64,000 nt of DNA from Bacteriovoracaceae bacterium. Its GTDB lineage: Bacteria > Bdellovibrionota > Bacteriovoracia > Bacteriovoracales > Bacteriovoracaceae. Below, piece by piece: positions 1 to 8,772 of the stretch (within the stretch, counting starts at the first letter, position 1; each line of letters opens with the position of its first letter). The DNA is taken from assembly GCA_048270185.1 (NCBI GenBank), contig JBLWTJ010000003.1, positions 1 through 64,000 of the forward strand, given 5' to 3'. The position numbers and the translations under genes are program-made. The notes under the pieces are model-generated. The model saw nothing but the letters and a program-made list of their open reading frames with translations. It had not been told where the DNA came from and did not search any database.

Positions 1-118
1 TGAAAACACAAGAAAAAGAGCATCGATACATTCACCATTAACCATCTTCTTAATTACAAAATAAAGATTAAACATAAATAAAAATAATAGGCTGAATAAT
101 TAGTCAAAGGAGATTTAT

Positions 119-1036
119 ATTAAAAATTTAGCATTTAAGAATGAGGATGAAGAAAATTTTAAATTAAAGAAGAAGTACTTTAAGAAACTAAAAAAACTAA
201 AAGAAGTTGAAGCTTATTCTTATAAGAGAAAAGTAGCAGGTAAGAAGACTTATGTCTTCTCCAAAGAATCTTTAGAAGATGTCCAATTAGGGTACCAAAT
301 TCTTTTCTCTATATTGAAATATATTGAAATGGGAAGAGAAGAAAAGCTTAAGTACAAGTACCTAGAGTCAGTAGGAGGACTAAAGGAATTTATCAGAAAA
401 GGTGGAATTATCACAATCTTAGTTGATGGTAAGAGTGTCATTGCTTTTAGTGCTTGTATGCTTCTTGAGAGTGCTAGGTATCAATGTATTACTCTTACAT
501 TGGGGCTTACTTTTGCTATTGCAAATTCGTCATGTAATGAGGTGATGAGACTTCTAAGTGTTGCTTATTTGGAGTATGCATCTGAAATTGCTTTCCAAAA
601 AGAATACAGGCTAAATGCAACATGCCCTCTTAATTGTCCTAGAACTTTTAGTGCTGTAGAGCCTATCTTTAATAAAAACTGTTATCCCTTTAGAGGTAAT
701 TCAGATGCAACATTAAAGGACTCTAGGGAGTTAACTTTTGAAAATTATATTACTCCTAACTTTCCTGAGGCAAAGCTCTTTAAGGGATTTCCAATTTTTT
801 CTAGTAATAAAAAAGAGATGGGGTTTATTGAATCATACCAATTCTCAAAGGCTACAGGGAATTCTAAATATGATGGATTTATTGCAAAGTATATTCATGA
901 TTTTAGTACCCAGGACTTAATCATATCTGGAGACTTATTTGATGAGGTCATAAGTTATTTGAAGTTTATTAATATTATTAAGAATATTGAACATAGCTGT
1001 AATCAGGCTAATAACAAAGGAGACAAAATTGATTAG
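119..1036 (+). CDS. Hypothetical protein, possible GNAT/acyltransferase-like fold; probable ATT start
   Basis: Frame of track ORF 314..1036 is open back to TAG at 101-103. SD AAAGGAG (106-112) lies 6 nt before in-frame ATT at 119. The fold guess rests only on the strand/helix pattern. Confidence 0.6.
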   Translation: MKNLAFKNEDEENFKLKKKYFKKLKKLKEVEAYSYKRKVAGKKTYVFSKESLEDVQLGYQILFSILKYIEMGREEKLKYKYLESVGGLKEFIRKGGIITILVDGKSVIAFSACMLLESARYQCITLTLGLTFAIANSSCNEVMRLLSVAYLEYASEIAFQKEYRLNATCPLNCPRTFSAVEPIFNKNCYPFRGNSDATLKDSRELTFENYITPNFPEAKLFKGFPIFSSNKKEMGFIESYQFSKATGNSKYDGFIAKYIHDFSTQDLIISGDLFDEVISYLKFINIIKNIEHSCNQANNKGDKID

Positions 1037-2000
1037 TAAGAAATTTATTAAAATTCAGGTTAAAAATGTGGAGTCAGAGATTCAAAAGGAAATGGACAGT
1101 GCTTTATTGGCTGTTCTTCAAACAGAAGGAGAGAAGTTTGATATTAAGGTAAAGTCCTTCCTTTCCTTTAAAGATACCTTTAGAAACCTTAGAACATTTA
1201 AGGCAGATGACATCACCCTTAGAATGAGAGAGATGTTTAGTAGGATTTGGTTAACAGCTCCAGAGAAGGAGATGACTAAAAGGTTTAATAAGAAAATTAT
1301 GCTATGTGGGCTTGGGATAAGTTCAAACTTAATACCTCATCTTATTAAAGAAGGTTTCATAACAATAGGGCTAATTGATGGTGATATTGTTGAACACCAG
1401 AATATCTTAAGGCAGAGATTTGAATCTCTTGATATTGGTAAACCTAAAGCAGAGGTTCTCTATGAAAGATATAAGAGAGAGTTTCCCTTTTCTAGGCTTT
1501 CTTATGTGAATGAATATCTTGAGCATTGGTCAACTAAGCTGTTACTTAAGGAGAGTGGTGTTGACTATATGGTAAATGCTATTGATTTTGACAGTGAAGC
1601 CTATCTTTCATCACATAAGCTAGCTCATATGTATTGTGGACTAGAGTTATTTCCATTTGTTCTTGGGGATATTGGAGTTGTCATTGCTGTTGATAGAACA
1701 TGTCCAACATTTGAAGAATATTTTAAAACAAGTAATCCTGAAGAGATGAAGTTTAAAATAATTCAACACTGTATAGATGAAGTTAAGAAGTCATGTGATG
1801 ACTATGATAGGAATCAGCTTGATAATTACTTTAATGAGTATCTAAAAAGTGGGCTATTTCATCACTCTGACCCACAATGTGACAATGCTGTTCAGAAAAT
1901 AGCTTCACTAATAGTTAGTATACTTAAAAAGGATACAAGAAATGAAGGTAAAGATAGAGAGAAGTTGTTTAAGTTATTTCCAGAAATCAATTTCTATTAA
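1029..2000 (+). CDS. ThiF/E1-like adenylyltransferase family protein
   Basis: KIMLCGLG..LIDGDIVEHQNILRQ..DIGKPKAE..NAID motifs. SD AAAGGAG (1016-1022) lies 6 nt before TTG at 1029. Confidence 0.85.
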   Translation: MISKKFIKIQVKNVESEIQKEMDSALLAVLQTEGEKFDIKVKSFLSFKDTFRNLRTFKADDITLRMREMFSRIWLTAPEKEMTKRFNKKIMLCGLGISSNLIPHLIKEGFITIGLIDGDIVEHQNILRQRFESLDIGKPKAEVLYERYKREFPFSRLSYVNEYLEHWSTKLLLKESGVDYMVNAIDFDSEAYLSSHKLAHMYCGLELFPFVLGDIGVVIAVDRTCPTFEEYFKTSNPEEMKFKIIQHCIDEVKKSCDDYDRNQLDNYFNEYLKSGLFHHSDPQCDNAVQKIASLIVSILKKDTRNEGKDREKLFKLFPEINFY

Positions 2001-2001
2001 A

Positions 2002-2676
2002 TTATTCTATATTATGTAAGGCAAGGCTTCCTTTTTTGGACTTTGCCTTAATTCCAAAGCATTTAATCTTCTTATTTAAATTACTAATATGAGTCGCTAA
2101 ATTATTAGCTGACATATTGCTATTTGCCCCCCAGATATCATCGATGATTTCTTCAATAATAACATCTTTTTGAGATAATATCTTTGAAATGAGTAGAACC
2201 TCTTTATGTGTGAGCTGAACTTCTATTCCTAATTTGGATATTGTAAATCTTGTATGATCAATATTAATTCCAAATGAGTTTCTTGAATCATTTATATTAG
2301 TCTTAGTTGGCGAGATCTTGTTAAGAATTCTCATTCTTTTTACACTCCAAGGCATATCTGGAGTAAGAAGTTCACCTGAGCCATACTTCAGTGCTTCAAG
2401 CATTAACTCTTCATCAATAGTCTCTGAGAAGAAGAATGTTGGTTGACCTTTAAAATTATCCATTTGAGAAAGGCGTTGAAATAATTGAAAACCATCAAGA
2501 AATGGCATCATAATATCTAAAACTAATACGTCATAATCGATAAATCGGGCTTCATTGAGAGCTTCAAGAGGATTGGAGAAAGTTTTTATCTTGTATCCTT
2601 CAATTTGTATATTTTCGACAAAATCGTTTATCTTGCCTTCATTATCATCAATGTAAAGTATTCTCTTAATGTCCAT
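2002..2676 (-). CDS. Response regulator (receiver plus winged-helix, OmpR-like)
   Basis: ILYIDD, VLDIMMPFLDG receiver motifs; C-terminal LTHKE..IWG..THISNLNKK. ATG at 2676 fits the domain start. Confidence 0.88.
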   Translation of the reverse strand: MDIKRILYIDDNEGKINDFVENIQIEGYKIKTFSNPLEALNEARFIDYDVLVLDIMMPFLDGFQLFQRLSQMDNFKGQPTFFFSETIDEELMLEALKYGSGELLTPDMPWSVKRMRILNKISPTKTNINDSRNSFGINIDHTRFTISKLGIEVQLTHKEVLLISKILSQKDVIIEEIIDDIWGANSNMSANNLATHISNLNKKIKCFGIKAKSKKGSLALHNIE

Positions 2677-2776
2677 GAAAATATTGTGACATGCATTATC
2701 TAATAGGTAAATATCGACTAAAAAAATTATCTCTAGGGCCATTGCTAGAGTGCATCATATAGTGGAGAATCTATTT

Positions 2777-3901
2777 ATGTTTAATATTTCAAAATACTTA
2801 GAACCAGAAGAAGCAAGACTATTTAAAGTAATAATGGCCATTGCACTTACGCTTTTGCTTGTTATTATATGGGATATCGTTGGTATTAAAGTTGAAGTGA
2901 CAGCTTTTTATATTATTCAAAAAGCGATATTTATTTTTGGACCTATGCTAGTCTTCTTTATTCCTCGTTTAAATTATAAAGTTAAGCATACAATCATCGC
3001 GTGTCTTTATTATCTATATGCATATATTAATTCAATCTATGTTGATAGTAGTTATTTTACGGCCTTTATCCAGTTCTATCTTGGTTGTGTTTTCATTCTT
3101 AGATATAATACTTTAGGCTTTGCGATAAGCCATGCTGTAGGGTTCATTCTATATTTTCTTGTTCTAATTGATCAACAATCAAAGTTATCGATGGTCGAAT
3201 TCGATCAAATGGCCAAGATGATGAATGGTGCGGTTTACCCAATCTTTTTCATCACCGTCATGATTTATTTCTATATTAGAAGAAAAGAGGCAGATGATCA
3301 GGTTAAGTCTGAGTTCTTTAGACAAGTTGGGCAAAATGTCGGCTTTATCCTTCATGAAATTAAACAACCGCTTAAGCAATTGCAATTTGCACAAAATGAT
3401 CAAACTCTAACGGAAGTTAATGAGCTTCTTGAGACCGCAAATATTCTATGGCCTAGTGGAAAGAGTAGTAATGCAGTTAAAGTCGATTTAAATATTAGAG
3501 AAGTTATAAATGGAATTATTTCTGAATTTGATTCTTATACAAAATTTTTGAATATTGAAATTTCTGTTTTTGAAGAGGATCATTTCATTAGAAGTAATCG
3601 AGCAATTCTACGAATTATTATAAAAAATATTATTAAGAATGCTCTTGAAGAAATTGCAGGTAATGAAGGTGAAAATTACTTGAAAATTAAATTACATAGC
3701 GATCATTCAATCGTGATAAAGAATAATATCAGTAAGAAAGTAAATATTAACAAAGTCTTTGATGCTGGCTATTCAACGAAGAGGCACGTTGCTAATAAGG
3801 GCCTAGGTCTCTACATCTGTAAAAACCTAAGTGATAAAATTGGTACTAAACTTAGTGCATACTCAAATAAATCTGAATTTGTCGTTAAAATTAAATTTTA
3901 A
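2777..3901 (+). CDS. Multi-TM sensor histidine kinase
   Basis: About 6 hydrophobic segments, H-box LHEIKQP, N-box NIIKNALE, GYSTK..GLGLY. ATG 2777 preferred to GTG 2750. Confidence 0.88.
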   Translation: MFNISKYLEPEEARLFKVIMAIALTLLLVIIWDIVGIKVEVTAFYIIQKAIFIFGPMLVFFIPRLNYKVKHTIIACLYYLYAYINSIYVDSSYFTAFIQFYLGCVFILRYNTLGFAISHAVGFILYFLVLIDQQSKLSMVEFDQMAKMMNGAVYPIFFITVMIYFYIRRKEADDQVKSEFFRQVGQNVGFILHEIKQPLKQLQFAQNDQTLTEVNELLETANILWPSGKSSNAVKVDLNIREVINGIISEFDSYTKFLNIEISVFEEDHFIRSNRAILRIIIKNIIKNALEEIAGNEGENYLKIKLHSDHSIVIKNNISKKVNINKVFDAGYSTKRHVANKGLGLYICKNLSDKIGTKLSAYSNKSEFVVKIKF

Positions 3902-4278
3902 CGACAATTTGGAATCGTATATATTTCAACTCGCTCAGGCTTCTTTGAGTGAAGATGCTGCACTAGATTTGAACTATCTCCGTCATCTCGATTTCCTACT
4001 GTTCCGCGGTAGATTGGAACATCCACTTGCTTTTCAACATAGTGACCTTGAATTTCACAGTTGAAATAATTAGCTGTCGTACAATTTTTATCACTATTAA
4101 TGACACGTTCAACCTCGCATCTTGTTGACGAGATGAGTTCTCTTTTAAATTTCCAGTCTTCTATTTTATACTTGTAGTGATTAACTTTCTTAATTGAGGC
4201 CAGGGTATTATCATCTTTAATACAAATTTCTTTCCTCCCTAGCGAAAGTGAATATTTGTTAGTATTTGATGAAAAGAT
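3898..4278 (-). pseudogene. Start-less 126-codon ORF, probable degenerate secreted Cys-containing protein (paralog-like to 57294..57788)
   Basis: Manual translation IFSSNTNKYSLSLGRKEICIKDDN...VEIYTIPNCR*, bounded upstream by TAA at 4279-4281 with no usable start. The C-terminus resembles YTIPKCL. Confidence 0.55.
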
Positions 4279-4432
4279 TTATATTGGCCGGGAATTACTT
4301 CTTCAATTTTTTGAAAGTTTTTATTTTTTTTATGGGACATGTCCCTAAATTTAGGCCAAACTTTTTTAAGGTGTCCTTATCAAAGTCTGATCTGGATCAT
4401 TAAATAGTCATTTTTATTTGGTAAAATAAAGT

Positions 4433-5020
4433 ATGAAGAAGATAAAAATAACTCTCATTTCACTCTTATTAATCGTATCATCTGCTGTTGTTGGCTACTT
4501 CTCAACAGATTATAGCGAAACACAAAAACAAAGATGGGTTTTCTTTGATCTCGGTAATACGATTGTAAACACTCATACTAGTGGACACTATCACTACTAC
4601 GCAGGATCTTATGAGTACCTTAAGGCCTTAAAAGCGATGGGGATTAATGTTGCAATCATTTCAAATATCCCGGAATCTTTTGGTGAGACATATGAGCAAA
4701 AAGTAGAGTCACTTAAGAAGTACCTCGCTTCTCACTGGGATGATAGTCGCGAATTTGATTGGTCAATTTTTGATAAAATCTATATCCCAATGAATAACTC
4801 AGAGCTTAAACCTGCGCCTTATATTTTCTTAAAGGCCCTGGAGGAAACAGGGGGGCACCCAAGTCTCTATATCTCTGAATCCCTAAAAGAAGTTGAGGCC
4901 GCAAGACGCCTTGGCATGGCCGGATTTCACTTTTTAGAGGGGATGAAGAAGGCCAAGTCGAATATTTATATCAAGCTTGAGGAAATTATTCAGTATATTG
5001 ACGAAAATAGTCATATTTAA
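4433..5020 (+). CDS. HAD-family hydrolase with N-terminal signal/anchor
   Basis: FFDLGNT motif I, IISN motif II, KPAP motif III; hydrophobic N-terminus. Confidence 0.8.
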   Translation: MKKIKITLISLLLIVSSAVVGYFSTDYSETQKQRWVFFDLGNTIVNTHTSGHYHYYAGSYEYLKALKAMGINVAIISNIPESFGETYEQKVESLKKYLASHWDDSREFDWSIFDKIYIPMNNSELKPAPYIFLKALEETGGHPSLYISESLKEVEAARRLGMAGFHFLEGMKKAKSNIYIKLEEIIQYIDENSHI

Positions 5021-5084
5021 CTTCATTTAGTGACTTTTATCAGGTATTTATCATCCCTCATAAGATAGATTTGTTGAGGGAGGG

Positions 5085-7385
5085 GTGATGCTCTATTCAT
5101 TTTCAAACTTAGATAAGAATATGCGAGATGTAGGTGGAAAAGCCTATATGCTTGCCATGATGTTACAAGAAGGAATTCGTGTTCCAAATGGAATGATTCT
5201 TAATAGTCTTCCGACTGAAGAAGAGTTTCAATCTCTTAGTCGATTCTTAAAAGAAATCAATTCGAGTGTCGCAGTAAGAAGCTCTTCACGCGCAGAAGAT
5301 TCAAAAGAAAATAGTTTTGCAGGTCAAAATTCAACTTTCCTCTATATCGATAATGATAAAGATCTAAAAGATGCAATTAATAAATGCTTTGCTTCTGTTA
5401 ATAACGATTCATCAAAGGCCTACCGTAAATACTTCATGGGAAGTGAAGCTGATGTGGCCATGAATGTTGTTGTACAAGAGATGGTTGATCCAATTTACTC
5501 TGGGGTATACTTTTCTAAGGACCCACGAGGAGTGAAAGAAGGTTGGATTCTCGAGTATATTGACGGTGTCGGTGAAGATCTTGTTTCTGGTAAGAGAACT
5601 CCTGAGTCAATGTCTGAGTTCGCACAAAAGCATGATGCTCTATCTCAAAAACAAGTTAATGAATTAATTGGTTATACAACAATCATTGAAGAAAGATTTA
5701 ATGATCTCTTTGATATCGAATGGGCAATCGGTCAGGATCAAAGAGTATATATTCTTCAAGCAAGACCGATTACTGCTAAATTCTCTCATTCTAATATTAA
5801 AAATATCATTTCTTTAGAATTAGATAGATTAAGAAAAGAATACTCTAAAGATACAATTTGGGATGGACAAACTTTTTCAGAATTAACAGTTTCACCTTCT
5901 CGTTTTTCAAGTGCTCTCTGGACTGAAAGCTTTGCGCCTGATAGGGCCTTTGATTTGGCCTTAAAGAAAATCGGCTATCTTGGCTTTGAAGATGTCATGG
6001 CCCCTTCTATTCTCAATACAATATTTGGTCAGAGCTATATTAACCTCAAAGAGCTTGGGAAGTTATACTTTGGCGATATTCCATATCAAATTGTGCCAAA
6101 GCCTAGGCCTCATCTTAAATTTAAACTCTCTCTTATTACTTTTAAGATGCTATTAAATGCCCCTAAGAGTATGTGGAAGATGTTAAGTGTTGGGTTATCT
6201 GTTAATACTAGTCGAAACTCAATCATTAAAGATTCTCTAAAAGATCTGGTTAAATTTAGAGAGAGAATGCAAAGACCTAGTGATCCACAATTTTATGAGT
6301 CTTGGTCTGATACTGAAATAGATGAGCGCATTTTAAAAGAATGGCACGTTTTCTCTAAACATACACTCTGTTGGCCTTATATTCTTATAAGCCTCACAGA
6401 AACAACTATTCAAACTCTTCAGTCACTCTTATCAAGTATTGTTTCAGATGATAGGGCCCGCGATATGATACGTGAGTGGTGTGGCCAAGGAATTCATACT
6501 AAGACATATGAAATGAATCGCTACTTTAAGAAAGCTTGTGCAAGGCCCGAGCTTAGACCAATGTTCTTAGCTCGCTATGGACATAGAGGGCCTGGAGAGC
6601 TCGATTTATCATCAATTCGCTGGGCAGAAATGGGTGAGGATTCATTCTATGATCTTTCGATCGAAGATTATGAAAAATCGAAACTAAATCACAAGATCCT
6701 TGATGTGAAAGCAGAGATTGAAAATTTAAAGTCATTTAAGAAATCTATTGTTTTAGAAGAATGGATAATTTTAAAAAAATTACTTGAGTTAAGAGAAGAG
6801 TGGAAGATGCAGATGTTAAAACCATTTGCTCATATTCGATTTTTACTTTTAGAAAAGGCCAAGAGAATTGGTTTAAATGATGCCAATGATATATTCTGGC
6901 TTGATTTAGCCGAGGTAATGAATTTCTTTAATTTAGAAAATCCACAGCAAATTATCAATTCACGAAAAGAAGAAGCAAAGCTATTTAAAAATATTAATTT
7001 ATCGGCCGTTACTTCTCTTAACGAGATTGAAGATATTCTCAGTGGGAAGTCTTCTGGAAGTGATAACTTAAAGGGTGAAGGGCTTTCAACTGGACTTGTA
7101 AAAGGAAATGTTGTGGTCGTTGATAATCCAGCAAATTTTAAAAACTACAATTGGCCAGAGAATCCAATCATTGTTGCTCAATCAACAGATCCTGGTTGGA
7201 CTTCAATTTTTACAAAGGCCAGCGGTATTATCGTTGAACGTGGTGGTGTTCTATCTCATTGTGCTATTGTAGCAAGAGAGATGGGAATTCCTGCAGTAAG
7301 TGAAATTAATAATTGTCACTTAAGATTTAAAGGGGGAGAAAGTGTTTGGGTTGATGGAAGCACAGGAAATATTAAGCTCAACTAA
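5085..7385 (+). CDS. PEP-utilising dikinase-like enzyme (rifampin phosphotransferase/PigC-like architecture)
   Basis: VGGKA, VAVRSS..ED..SFAG ATP-grasp; DIEWA..LQARPIT; central YGHRGPGELDL..RW; C-terminal TDPGW..GGVLSHCAIVARE swivel His domain. Confidence 0.88.
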   Translation: MMLYSFSNLDKNMRDVGGKAYMLAMMLQEGIRVPNGMILNSLPTEEEFQSLSRFLKEINSSVAVRSSSRAEDSKENSFAGQNSTFLYIDNDKDLKDAINKCFASVNNDSSKAYRKYFMGSEADVAMNVVVQEMVDPIYSGVYFSKDPRGVKEGWILEYIDGVGEDLVSGKRTPESMSEFAQKHDALSQKQVNELIGYTTIIEERFNDLFDIEWAIGQDQRVYILQARPITAKFSHSNIKNIISLELDRLRKEYSKDTIWDGQTFSELTVSPSRFSSALWTESFAPDRAFDLALKKIGYLGFEDVMAPSILNTIFGQSYINLKELGKLYFGDIPYQIVPKPRPHLKFKLSLITFKMLLNAPKSMWKMLSVGLSVNTSRNSIIKDSLKDLVKFRERMQRPSDPQFYESWSDTEIDERILKEWHVFSKHTLCWPYILISLTETTIQTLQSLLSSIVSDDRARDMIREWCGQGIHTKTYEMNRYFKKACARPELRPMFLARYGHRGPGELDLSSIRWAEMGEDSFYDLSIEDYEKSKLNHKILDVKAEIENLKSFKKSIVLEEWIILKKLLELREEWKMQMLKPFAHIRFLLLEKAKRIGLNDANDIFWLDLAEVMNFFNLENPQQIINSRKEEAKLFKNINLSAVTSLNEIEDILSGKSSGSDNLKGEGLSTGLVKGNVVVVDNPANFKNYNWPENPIIVAQSTDPGWTSIFTKASGIIVERGGVLSHCAIVAREMGIPAVSEINNCHLRFKGGESVWVDGSTGNIKLN

Positions 7386-8772
7386 TAGTATCTTCGAACA
7401 ATATCATTATTCAATTGTTCCAACGGTATTATTGCCTCTTGCCTTCTTGAGTACTGGTATAAGTGTTATTGCAACATTTGTTGCGGGACTATTTGGGGTG
7501 AAGCTTAAGGCCGAAGGTCCAAGAAAGCTTTTAGAGCTTCTACTAAAGCCAAAGATACTTATTAGTGCGATGGTTCTCAATGGTGTTCTTTATTTAGGCT
7601 TTATGGCCTATGAAGATTTTGATCGTGGCCCAAGTCCTGTATTTGTGCAAAATGCTCTAAATTCAAACTTGGCCCCAACAATTGAAATCAAAAAGACAGG
7701 TCTACCAAACTCTCAGTGGGCCATCAATATCGGTGAAGGAATGTTTTCTCGTGGTATTGTTATTGATAGTGAATTATTTGTTGGAACTAAAGATGGTCAT
7801 CTCTTAGTTATCGACTATAAAAGCGGGGAAGTTAAAGAAGAAGTCTATTTTGGAAGCTTCTTGTCGCCAGAGCCTATTCTTTATAAAGGATTCTTATATT
7901 TCGGAGAGGGGTTGCACCGCTCTCACAAAATGAGAGTTTATAAATTTGATCCTAAGAAGAAAGAGATTGTTGCAATCTTTGATACTAAAGGGCACACAGA
8001 GATTAGAGCTGTCGTAAAAGAATTTGATAACCAAGCAATTCTTTTTCAAAGTGCAGGTGGAGATGGACTCTATGCGATTGATCCTATTTCAATGAAGAAG
8101 GTTTGGAATTTTCAAGGAGGACATATGGACTCCTTTGTTAATGTCGATCATGACTCAGTCTACATTGCCTCTGGTGTTCCTGATGAGGATCTTGGAAAGG
8201 CCCGTCCAATGGCCTACCGAATTGATGCTAAAACTGGAAAACAGCTATGGGCACAAGAGTTACCTCTTTCATCATGGTATCAACCAATCCTTATCGGTGA
8301 TAAGGCCTGCTACTCACAAGGAGAACTTCATCAGAAATCAATGCTTGGTGGTGTGATCTGTTTTTCTAAAGATGGAAAGAGGCTAGGAAATGTCTTAATT
8401 GATTACCCAATTGTAAATAAGATGATTGCTAAAGGAAGTAATATTTTTCTAAATGACTTCTACGGTAACCTTTATTCAATCGATAGCGACCTTTACAAAG
8501 TAAACTGGGAAGTTGCGGGTAATAAGGCCAAGTACAATTACAGTTCTGTTCAATTCTACAATGAAGATATTCTAGTACTTGTTTCTAGAGATGCTAAGAT
8601 GAAATTCATTAATGCCAAAGACGGAAAAGTTCTTTTTGAACAAGATGTCTTTGAAGATGAGAGCGTGTTTGCCGATCCTTTAATTCAAGATGGTGACATC
8701 CTCGTCTTTGGTTATGCCGGACAAATTGTTAAATACCCTGCTGAATTTATTAAGTCTAAGCTAAGCTTTTAG
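7342..8772 (+). CDS. Membrane-anchored PQQ-like beta-propeller repeat protein
   Basis: N-terminal TM segments and repeated propeller blades (IDAKTGKQLW, IDPISMKKVW, INAKDGKVLF). Confidence 0.75.
   Translation: MFGLMEAQEILSSTNSIFEQYHYSIVPTVLLPLAFLSTGISVIATFVAGLFGVKLKAEGPRKLLELLLKPKILISAMVLNGVLYLGFMAYEDFDRGPSPVFVQNALNSNLAPTIEIKKTGLPNSQWAINIGEGMFSRGIVIDSELFVGTKDGHLLVIDYKSGEVKEEVYFGSFLSPEPILYKGFLYFGEGLHRSHKMRVYKFDPKKKEIVAIFDTKGHTEIRAVVKEFDNQAILFQSAGGDGLYAIDPISMKKVWNFQGGHMDSFVNVDHDSVYIASGVPDEDLGKARPMAYRIDAKTGKQLWAQELPLSSWYQPILIGDKACYSQGELHQKSMLGGVICFSKDGKRLGNVLIDYPIVNKMIAKGSNIFLNDFYGNLYSIDSDLYKVNWEVAGNKAKYNYSSVQFYNEDILVLVSRDAKMKFINAKDGKVLFEQDVFEDESVFADPLIQDGDILVFGYAGQIVKYPAEFIKSKLSF

Noticed and set aside
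1..55. Possible minus-strand gene start running off the window (ATG at 45 or 38)
   Set aside because: Too short to choose a frame or assign a product.
311..330. Tandem ATATTGAAAT x2
   Set aside because: The frame is open through it and the sequence is AT-rich; there is no sign of a target-site duplication or phase-variable tract.
1029..2000. ThiF as CBASS/Bil E1, MoeB or microcin C MccB
   Set aside because: No CD-NTase, E2, JAB, ubiquitin-like gene, zinc CxxC or precursor peptide is visible nearby.
5085..7385. Calling this gene ppsA or rph
   Set aside because: The domain order is not that of PpsA (His domain is C-terminal), and rifamycin specificity cannot be read from the sequence.
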